From: Octopus vulgaris | Taxonomy: Eukaryota | Direction: 5' to 3' | Length of the DNA: 64,000 bases | NCBI GenBank assembly: GCA_951406725.2 | Contig: OX597819.1 | Span: 18,228,001 to 18,292,000 of the forward strand | In this document: positions 53,289 through 64,000 of the stretch, one piece after another | How positions within the stretch are numbered: position 1 is the first letter of the stretch | Layout: each line of letters opens with the position of its first letter | Translations under genes and position numbers: made by a program | Notes under the pieces: model-generated | Told to the model about the DNA's origin: nothing | Databases searched by the model: none | What the model saw: only the letters and a program-made list of their open reading frames with translations

Positions 53289-54547
53289 TATAGATAGATA
53301 AAGAAATATTTAGAGGAATAGATAAATACTGTCATTCCCACACGCGCGCACACACACATGCTTAAGCACTTGCAGGACATGTTGTACTGAGTGAAATGAG
53401 ATACAAATTAAATGTATAAGAGAATTTTCAACGGAGATGGTATCTTTTGCTGTTCTTTCTCAGTTGGTACCGTCAGATTTTTTTTCTTTTTTGCTTTGGC
53501 TACAGCTTCGAGTAATTGTCCGTTGTTTCGTATTCTATATATTAGCTGCCATCAGATGTGACCTGTGTGGGTAATTGTTCCCCTGTAGAGCTGGTCTAAG
53601 CCAGCAATCAGCGACACCACCATGGAGGAGAATTTACAAACGAAGGGTAAAAATGCTCGGGATCGATGAGGATAGACAACAATGGCGATTTCTGTCGATC
53701 TTCAGAGGAACGAAAGCCACGTCAACTTCGGCGTTGGTAGAGAGCTTGATGTATTTTATCGCCACAATCAATTTATGGAGCACCCAAACATATTGTGAAT
53801 TCACTACCGATATAATCACACAGACGTTTGATCACATGTCACTAAGAAGACAAATGTATGGCACTCATGAGTTTTACATAGAACCAGGTGTGTATTCATC
53901 AAACGTCGAATGTTACTCCACATATTTTTGATAAATTTTTATGAGATTATTTCAGAAATACTCACTTATTTTTCATCACATCTGTTTTTCTTTCTTTTTT
54001 TTTGTAGTAGCTTTTTTTTTTCCCATTCACAATTATTACTATTTTGGCTTTCAGATTCTGATAGGAATACGATTTCATTGTTTTTCTTTTAATGGGAAAA
54101 ATAATCATTATTATTCTCTCATTTCACTGCATATTTTTAGAAGAGAAGAAAGAATTATTTGCATTTGAAATATGTTCCAATATAGATGGATGGAGAATCA
54201 GCTTCTACACTGCAATGGCGTTTTATATCGGATATAGCCACCGAGAAGCATGCATAAAATGTATTTATCACGCTGAACTACTTTTCCGCTGCTAATAATG
54301 GAAGTTATAAATATTATCCTTTTAACGGTTTGCATTTGTGAAGTGTCTCACTTCCTGCTATTTTAAGTACAGATTCCCATCGAAGTTGTGCACTCTTTGT
54401 CAGGCATGTAACAGATTTCTGTCTATTTTCCCCCATATATAATTTCCTTAATTATATAAATGTATATATGTATTTATGTATGTATGTATGTATATGTATG
54501 TATATATATATATATATATATATATAGGCATGTATGTATATATATGT

Positions 54548-54578
<31 letters not shown>

Positions 54579-54781
54579 TATACATATATATACATATATA
54601 TACATATATATACATATATATATATACATATGTATGTATTCTATTATACATATATTATCTATCTATCTATATATATATATATATATATATATTCTACAAG
54701 TGTATATATAATATATATCTATGTAAATATATCTGTATGTATGTATAATTTTGTATATATATATAATCATATATATTATAC

Positions 54782-54854
<73 letters not shown>

Positions 54855-54913
54855 GCACATTGATACATAAATGCAATTATACATATGTATGTATATATAT
54901 GTATATATATATA

Positions 54914-54977
<64 letters not shown>

Positions 54978-55386
54978 AGTAAAAATGTTGCATTATTATT
55001 TTTTAATATTTTAAGGTGGTTGCTTGTTTTGTTGTTTAGTTTTTTTGTTGTAATGTGATTCAGAGGAGCTATCAATCAAGCGTAATCACATAGGAAGATT
55101 AAGTAGAGCTGAATATTTTTGAATTCTCTCTTCTCTTTCACGAGATGTCAAGCGCTTAGGAATAGTTTCAAGTTTTCATTATCCGTCTTGGATGTTTGCC
55201 AAGGAACCAGCTTATGTTGGCCACTTAGTTTTATTCGGTAAAATGTCTGCAGGATGTAGTAATTCATCATTCAATTGAGGGATTATGTAATTTTGCTATT
55301 TACAATATTGTAAACACAATGCCAATATATAAATACGACATATATCTCTACGCTCTTTCTATAGAGAGTATTTTCAATATCACTCC

Positions 55387-55387
<1 letters not shown>

Positions 55388-55481
<94 letters not shown>

Positions 55482-55530
55482 GTTGTTGTTGTTGTTGTTG
55501 TGGTTGTTGTTGTCGTTGTTACTGCTGTTG
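55388..55530. repeat. (TTA)n/(TTG)n microsatellite
   Basis: Direct inspection. Confidence 0.95.
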
Positions 55531-56408
55531 TTCATATTCTTATTTTTCTTGTTCTTGTTACTGTTTCGGTTGTCTTCGATTTTATTCTTTCCGCTTGTAA
55601 ATAACCGGTGGAGTTTCAAGCATAAAGAAATGGTTTTATTCTACTTGGAGGATGTGGCATCATTATTCTAGATGTAGAGATTTCGAAAAAATAAAAGAGA
55701 TCAACTGGTTATATTTACAAGTAGATATACAATATTATAATTATGATTTGAAGGGCAAATCTAGCAGGACTTTGTGTCACACACACACACACACACACAA
55801 CAAAAAAACAATTAAAACATCAAGGACATTACGCAAGTACGATATGCACACACACACACACACACATACGCGTACCTGCACATACATATACACAGGCACA
55901 CGCAAAGAACCAAGGAAGTACGCACTCATAGATATTTTGATCTAACATATATGCATGTGTTTGTATGTGTGCGTGTGTATACTTATACGCATTATAACTT
56001 ATATACGTATGTGGGTTTCTTTCCATATATCAATATAGCTATCTTGTTCTATATCTCACACATATATGCGTATATATGCGATATGGTATAATTACCATAC
56101 ATACATACATATTTATATATGTGTATATATATATATATATATATAGACTTTGTTTTCGTTATTTATTCCTTTTGTTTTTGCATATGTGAATTAGAGGGAT
56201 ATGTCTTATGTGGAGCCTCATTTGTAGAAAATAGAAATAAACAGTTTTTGACTGCTATTTCTAATTTGTTCGGTATGTGGCTAAGCAACCTGTTGCCTGT
56301 ATTTTATAGAAGTTCCTACCGTTAATGGTTATATTTACATGCCGAAATCTACCAGTAAATAATTGTTGTTTTTTTTTAAAAACCATTAAAGATATTATTT
56401 ATTCTTAT

Positions 56409-56491
<83 letters not shown>

Positions 56492-56927
56492 TACAGAGCC
56501 GGTGTTACAATGTCGACGTGGTGAGGCAGCTAAATAAGCAAACACATCGTATTTGTCTTTGCCAATGTAAAATGTCGTAAGACCAAACCGAATGTCTATC
56601 AAAAGGTCGGACGATCAAAACAGACACTCACCGTAATAGTTTGTGTGCTCACGGCAATTCTGCAACATCTTAATGTGATCGATGTTTGTGATGGGCCATG
56701 AATAGTGCCGACTACCGAATGATTTGGGTGGATGTGCGCTATTTGTGTTCGTTATATTGTTTTTGTATTCCAGTCTAGGAACGTGAGCCACTTGTGTGGT
56801 TGTTTGAAACCTTTTAAACTTACATCGAGATAAGGAACATCGGATGTGTTTTACTTCAGTCAACTTTTACTAAAACTGTGTGTTACATGTGTGCTTATAG
56901 TAGACATGGATGTGTTTATTGACATGT

Positions 56928-57285
56928 AGAGGCGCAATGGCCCAGTGGTTAGGGCAGCGGACTCGCGGTCATAGGATCGTGAGTGTTTATTGAGCGAAAA
57001 CACCTAAAGCTCCACGAGGCTCCGGCAGAGATGGTGGTGATCCCTGCTGTACTCTTTCACCATAACTTTCTCTCACTCTTACTTCCTGTTTCTGTTGTAC
57101 CTGTATTTCAAAGGGCCGGCCTTGTCACTCTCTGTGTAACGCTGAATATCCCCGAGAACTACGTTAAGGGTACACGTGTCTGTGGAGTGCTGAGCCACTT
57201 ACACGTTAATTTCACGAGCAGGCTGTTCCGTTGATCGGATCAACCGGAACCCTCATCGTCGTAACCGACGGAGTGCTTCCCCCCC
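56928..57285 (+). mobile_element. OR-type SINE lacking the B-box segment
   Basis: 11-bp TSD tattgacatgt (56917, 57286); otherwise near-identical to 60633-61016. Confidence 0.93.
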
Positions 57286-58017
57286 TATTGACATGTCCTT
57301 ATTTGGGATATATGAACACATCCGCTGCTAGATCCAGAGGTTTAAGTATTTAAAATCGTATCCTGCACAACAAAATAGATAAATGAAAATTAGATAAATA
57401 AATATAATAGAATACAATCAAATGCATGTGACATCGCACTATGTATTCCGAGGGTTCATTGGAAGAGACCAGAATAATAGAAGGGGCTGAAATGATTTTC
57501 AAAGAATACCCTTTTATTTAGAGTGTTTAGGGCTTGAACTAAAATAAAACCAACAACAAAAACAAACATCAAGATCAATATATTTTTATTCACTTTGTGT
57601 CGAAATCCTGCAAAACCTTTACACATGAAAATGGAACACAGAAGGGTCTGCTTAAGAATGACAAACGGTGGTATTTCATGGAAAACTGAAATGAACGAAC
57701 AGCACCTGGCTTGGACCGGCGAGACAAGCAGCATATAGTTGATACCTGCTGGTCCCTGTCCCAAGGCATGAAATGCCGATAATCCTAATCCTCATTAAGT
57801 TTCTCTCTACTTCACTTTTCATTTTTATACGTGTTTATACGTAGATATGTGCGTGCAGAATTGTGTGTGCTTATCTTTGCGAGTCTATTGCTGTTTGACA
57901 TCCATATGCAAGACAAAATGTTTTAATTTCCCTATACTTGAGGTGTATCATTTTTGATATACAGAAATGTATGAAGCAATTTTAATGACTGCAGAACATA
58001 GAAAGCGGAGTAAAAAT

Positions 58018-58426
58018 GCGCAGGAGTGGCTGTGTGGTAAGTAGCTTGTTTACTAACTACATGGTTCCGGGTTCAGTCCCACTGCGTGGCACCTTCAGCA
58101 GGTGTCTTCTACTATAGCCTCGGGCGGACCAAAGCCTCGTGAGTGGATTTGGTAGACGGAAACTGAAAATAAGCCCGTCGTATATATGTATATATATATA
58201 TATGTGTGTGTGTATTTGTGTGAGTGTGTTTGTCCCCCTAGCATTGCTTGACAAACGATGCTGGTGTGTTTATGTCCCCGTTACTTAGCGGTTCGGCAAA
58301 AGAGACCGATAGAATAAGTACTGGGCTTACAAAAGAATAAGTTCCGTGGTCGAGTTGCTCGATTAAAAGGCGGTGCTCCAATATGGCTGCAGTCGAATGA
58401 CTGAAACAAGTAAACGAGTAAAGGAG
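58018..58426 (+). mobile_element. OK-like SINE
   Basis: Colinear with 6612-7012. Confidence 0.92.
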
Positions 58427-59038
58427 AAAAAGATTATACAACATGACGCTTTATCATTTTGATTCGTAGCAATGCTTTGGTTTGCTACATGTGACATTTA
58501 AGACAAGAAATCGTTTTGAGATTGGTGATAGTTTTTGAGAGAAACTGGCCAAAGCGTAAGTGAGAAACATATACGACAGGTGTCAGATGTGTTTCTATGT
58601 TTGAAGCCTGTCTAAGAGCTTGAAATGATGCTTCAATATAGGCGAGTCTGAAAGAAACATAATAAGTAATCTTACCATTAACGCATCGACTGCCAAATCT
58701 TGGAGATTTACCTTCCCTCTAATAAGTAAATGGCTGTGTGTTCCATAACAAATGTGAGGTCAGTCTGACCCTGGCATGACATCACATTGCCTCAATGTAT
58801 CGTTATTTCCTGTTATCATTAAATGCCGTAAACAGTTTATTAAAGTTTTCAGAAGAATGTGTGTGTGCGTGTGGTGGGGTGGGGTGAAGAATTTGAGAGA
58901 AATCATGCATATTTGTGAAGAATTGTCGAGTGAATGCAATGATGCAATGTATAGTTACCTGCACACACAAGCACAAGCTCACAGACGCATACATACATGC
59001 ATACATACATACATTCATACATACATACATACATATAC

Positions 59039-59073
<35 letters not shown>

Positions 59074-59237
59074 CACACATACATACGCTCATATTCTCAT
59101 AATTCATATACAAGTGGCAAATATATATAAACATGTTTGTCTTTGTAGATACATGTATATATATCTAACTAACAATATGCCTGCATACATTTACAGATAT
59201 ATATAACCGTTACACATATCGATATATGCATATGTAT

Positions 59238-59322
<85 letters not shown>

Positions 59323-60012
59323 CATATAAATATATATACATATTCATGTATGTTATGTATATGTGTATGCACATGTTTGTGTGTAGACGTATGTATACAC
59401 ACATACATATGTATATATATATACGTAAGCGAAACACATATGCAGGCAACAGCATGTACACAACGTGCACGTGTGCACAGTTCTTTGGATTGTATATATG
59501 GAGGTAGCTTTTAACATATAGCAAATTTCCACAGCATATTTAACTCTGAGTATTTAATCAATGTAATGGAATAGAAAATACGGTGTTGTAGATTCACCAG
59601 CCTGTACGTGTGCATATGTTCGTACGAGTGTATTTCATGCTTACGACTCTTAAGTGCGTTTGTATTTGTAAGCGTGTATATATTTGTTCGGTTGCCCTCC
59701 GCATATTCTGCCTGGCGTGCATATCTTTGCAAGGATACAGATCTGAATGTGCGCGTGTGTATGCTTGACGTACGCGTGTGAGGAGATGTTTGAATATATT
59801 CATCGCGTTTATATATGTGTACGCGCATGCATATACGCATGATTGTGTCTGGTGATGCAAAGATACAAACAAATAAATACCGACAGAGACTAACATTTAT
59901 ATATATGTATATATGCTTGTATGCATGCATGCATGTATGTGTGTGTATGTATGATGTGTATGTGTATCCGTGAGTGCGTGTGTGTTTGTAAATAGGCATG
60001 ATCTGTATATAA

Positions 60013-60111
<99 letters not shown>

Positions 60112-60127
60112 CATAGAGATACATATA

Positions 60128-60196
<69 letters not shown>

Positions 60197-60632
60197 ATGT
60201 GTGTGTCTTTCTATTTCTCTTCGATTGTATATGTGTGTGTGTATGCATTTAAATGTCCATGCACATAAATATCTGTGAGTTCATGTATTTATATATTCAA
60301 AGATATTTAAACATCTTTCAATGTTTAGGAGTAAAACTGACTTTCGTTCTTTGTGTGTAAACTAATAACAACTGGGGAATTATGGCGATAATATTCTTTA
60401 TGTTGTCGTGGTGGCTGAACTGGTTGCTGGAAGGGATATAAATTAACAGCTGTTTCTGGTCTGGTGTGGCTGAATCTGTTCTTTAGCACCCGGACACTCA
60501 GGACTGAGTAAGGCAGAGCGATGACAGTCATAACGCTTTTTGCCACATCTTCTACACTGTCAATGTGGCAGCACATATCCGTCCTGTCCTTAATCTACCA
60601 ATCCTTTTGGCCATATTTAAAGTGAGAACAAT

Positions 60633-61016
60633 GTGGAAGTACTCCGTCGGTTACGACGATGAGGGTTCCGGTTGATCCGAATCAACGGAATAGCCTGCTC
60701 GTGAAATTAACGTTTAAGTGGCTGAGCACTCCACAGACACGTGCACCCTTAACGTAGTTCTCGGGGTGATTCAGCGTGACACAGAGAGTGACAAGGCCGG
60801 CCCTTTGAAATACAGGTACAACAGAAACAGGAAGTAAGAGTGAGAGAAAGTTGTGGTGAAAGAGTACAGCAGGGATCACCACCATCCCCTGCCGGAGCCT
60901 CGTGGAGCTTTAGGTGTTTTCGCTCAATAAACACTCACAACGCCCGGTCTGGGAATCAAAACCGCGATCCTACGACCGCGAGTCCGCTGCCCTAACCACT
61001 GGGCCATTGCGCCTCC
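60633..61016 (-). mobile_element. Full-length OR-type SINE
   Basis: 12-bp TSD agtgagaacaat (60621, 61017); tRNA-Arg-like head. Confidence 0.95.
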
Positions 61017-61423
61017 AGTGAGAACAATAGCTTCTTTTCTTTTCACCCGACCTTGTAGCGGCTGTCTTATCACGTAAATTTATTATTGTTGCGATCGTTA
61101 TTGCTGTTGTCAGATCAGCCCAGACTGAATGCAACTATGATTAAAGGTAAGCCGACCGTGACCCTTCCATTGTTAATATCTAGTTTCATATTAGAGATTC
61201 TCTTCTTGTTATTTTCTATGAAACAATAATGAGCTAACCGAATATCTACTCCTTGGTATTCTTTTTTAACTCACATTCATGATGATGATGGTGGTGGTGG
61301 TGGTTGTGGTAATGGTGGTGGTGGTGGTGAGGAAGGGGAGGAGATGGTGGTGGAGGAGGAGGAAGAGGGAGAATCCTGACGATCGTCTTTATGACTTTGG
61401 TGTATGCGTTATCACAGTGGGGT

Positions 61424-61622
61424 GAAGGCATGTGGCTTAGTGGTTAGGGTATTCGACTCACGATTGTAAGGTTGTAAGTTAAATTCCCGGTGATGCGTTG
61501 TGTCCTTGAGCAAGACACTTTATTTCACGTTGCTCCAGTCCTCTCGACTGGCAAAAATGAGTTGTACTTGTATTTCAAGGGGCCAGCTGTGTCACACTCT
61601 GTGTCAGTCTGATCTTCCAGAG
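61424..61622 (+). mobile_element. tRNA SINE with CORE/Meta-like box and OR-type tail
   Basis: gtggcttagtggttagg head, gtgtccttgagcaagacacttt box, tail tgtatttcaaggggccagc..gtcacactctgtgtca. Confidence 0.8.
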
Positions 61623-61639
61623 ATTATAATTTTTTAAAA

Positions 61640-63210
61640 GTCTATGGTAGTGCTAGTGGTGCTGGTAGTGCTGGTGGTGATGGTGGTGCTGATGGTGGCG
61701 ATGTTGTTGGTGACGGTGGTAGTGGCGGGGCGTGGGGTATTTGCATTGTTGCGTAGGGTGGTGGTGCTGGGGTGCCGGTGGGTGTGTGGGGGTGGGGATG
61801 CTGGTGGTGGTATGGTGTGTTGCAGGTGGTATTGCTTGTGGTGATGGTAGTGCTGGTGGTGATGTTAGTGCTAGTGGTGATGGTGGTGATGGTAATGGTG
61901 GTTTGTGATGGTGGTGATGGAGGTAATAGTGATGGTGGTAGTTGTGGTTGAGATGGTGGTGGAGAGAGTGGTGCTAGATAGCGCAATTGTTTCTTCTGGA
62001 GTTGCGACTGTTGCGGTAGTGGTATGGATCTTTCTGGCGTAGTCTTAATAATGTTTGATGTTAGAGGTGAGAGTGGTGCCAGTACTATTACTAGTGATTG
62101 TTTCCGTAGCGGTGGTAGAGGTGATTTCAGCAGCCAGTGTGGTGATGATTATGATGATGATGATGATGATGATGATAGTGGTAGTGGTGATGTTATTATC
62201 GAAATGGTTGTTGTTGCGGTAGTAGTTTGGCTGTTACTGATTTCAACGTGCTGGTTGCTGAGGCGATGGTGGTGGTGGTGGTGACGGTGCTGTGGGATAT
62301 GGTAGCGCTGATGGTGGTGGAGACAGTGGTGTGTTGATGGTGCTGGTGGTGGTGCTGGTGCTGTTCTGGTCGTTATAGAAGAAAGTTATTTTAATTTAAT
62401 TACTGCTCTTATTGATTATTTTAATTAATGTTGATAGAATTGTTGATTGGAGGAAAACTATGTTGTTACGATGTATCTGTTGGTGATTGTGATTTGGGTG
62501 GTGGCGATGGTGGTGGTGGTGGTAGTGGTGGTGGTGGTGGCAGTGATGGTAGTGATGGTGCTGGTGGTGATTGTGATGTTGTTGATGGTGGCGACGGTGA
62601 AGATGGTGATGGTGATGGTGCTAGGATGATGGTGATGGGATGAGGCTTGGGCTAACCGTCATAGTGGCGGGGTAGTTTTATTTGTCATGAGATTGATACC
62701 CGCTGTTGATGTGCTTCAGGTGTGGTGGTGATGGTAGTAGATCTGAGTGTCATTTTAGTGTCGGTGGCCATGGTTTTGTTGGTGATAGTAGTGATAGTTA
62801 TTTGTGCGCTGGTGACAACAGTTTTAGTGGTAGTGCTTGTGGTGTTGTGCTTGTTGTAGTTGTTGCTGTGTTTGCACAAGTAGTGATGTTTCGTAGAAAA
62901 CATGTTGTGGCTGTGATGCTGGTTGTACAGTTCATGGTTTGGGATATAGTTGTCGTTGTGGTTCGGGTGAATGTCGGGTGCAGTAGAGGTTGCTGGATCT
63001 ATAACTCTGGTTATCGCAATGTGATTGTGGCTGCAGTGGTCTTGGTTGTACTGGTCGTGCTAGTGCTTGCTATAATGGCAAACTGTAATCTGCAGTAATG
63101 TCATGGTGATAGTGACCCTGGAGAGCGTTGACCATTGTGATGATGAGAGGTAACACTGGTTGTCTTATTCATAGTTGTGGTATAGGTGAAAGTAGTGGTG
63201 GTGATGGTAT
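61640..63210. repeat. Cryptic (GGT/GAT/GCT)n low-complexity tract
   Basis: Strong G/T bias and 3-nt periodicity. Confidence 0.85.
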
Positions 63211-63469
63211 ATGTTTATGAGTTACTATATATGTTGTTTAGTACAACATCAATCTTTAAGATGCTAGCCTATGATCGAAATCGTTTCATATACGTGCATC
63301 CCGTCTTGTGTGTATTTAAGAATACGTTATTCGATAATTCCTCCTCTGAAAATATAGAATTAGATTTAAAGGAGATTCTGCTGCTAATTCAAGCACACCA
63401 AGCAACCGCCTACAGAATCACTGGGTGGTCCGTAGTTGATTTGTTTTGTTTATTATCTTATTTGAGTTA

Positions 63470-63662
63470 GTCAACGAGTTGATAGAATGCTTAGCTGCAT
63501 TTCGTCCGTCTTACATTCAGAGCTCAAATTCTGCCGAGAACGAATTTACAGCTCAACTTTTCTATGTTGATAAATAATGTACCAAATAAGAACCTTGGAT
63601 AGACCTAATCAATTTTCGACTCACCTCAAAATTTACTGGGCCCATATCAAGATTTGAAACCA
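63470..63662 (+). mobile_element. Degenerate Nin-domain-type SINE
   Basis: atttcgtccgtcttacattcagagctcaaattctgccgag..gttgataaataatgtacca. Confidence 0.65.
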
Positions 63663-64000
63663 TTATTGTATTTAAGCAGTCTCAGATAAAACCCTAATTT
63701 ATCAAATTTATGATCAACGGCATCTCATTCCCCCCTGGAACATCAAGTCATTTTTCTTATGTTCTGAGCGCCAAAAGGGTTTATCTAACGGACCATGATT
63801 TTTTAGAACATTTGATTCGAATGAAAAGAGACAGTTATTTCAATCATGTAGATCGATAGTTTGAGGCTCACAATGTACCTCGTGTTAAACGTGTAGCTGG
63901 TAGTCGTAAAGTCTATCATCATAATTATGGAGGAACAGAATGTTATAAAAAATATTTTAAAATCTGGCAGAAATTTTGCGCTTGAAGAATACGTATCGGA

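Noticed and set aside
53575-53931. 118-aa ORF with an acceptor-like site and a Kozak-like ccaccATGG
   Set aside because: It overlaps a degenerate minus-strand Nin-type SINE (about 53640-53740), and the Kozak ATG frame stops after 15 codons
59511-60248. Longest ORF (245 aa) and the many YI/HT/CV/N-rich ORFs
   Set aside because: These are translations of (TA)/(CA)/(AAT) microsatellites, which lack stops in some frames

Overview
AT-rich, microsatellite-saturated eukaryotic (animal) non-coding DNA. The repeat repertoire (tRNA-derived SINEs of OK/OR and Nin-domain type, Dong/R4, CR1-like and Penelope-like retroelements, compound (TA)/(CA)/(TAA) tracts) most resembles an octopus/coleoid genome; this is an inference. 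I can support no host protein-coding gene. Almost all listed ORFs are microsatellite translations or transposon fragments. Recognisable elements: two Dong/R4 remnants, two CR1-like remnants, Penelope-like RT remnants, a complete but decayed hAT with TIRs and TSD, three mariner fragments, a non-autonomous Helitron, Gypsy fragments and many SINEs. The most notable signal is at least 14 type I hammerhead-ribozyme motifs, intact or decayed, in short repeats that mostly abut (TA)n tracts. They include an extended hammerhead with a compensatory U3-A8 core inside a ~320-nt hairpin-rich, retrozyme-like unit (4401-4725), two head-to-head hammerhead palindromes, recurrent CCGANGA cores, and a tRNA-head/hammerhead chimera. 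All structures were folded by eye and none has been tested.
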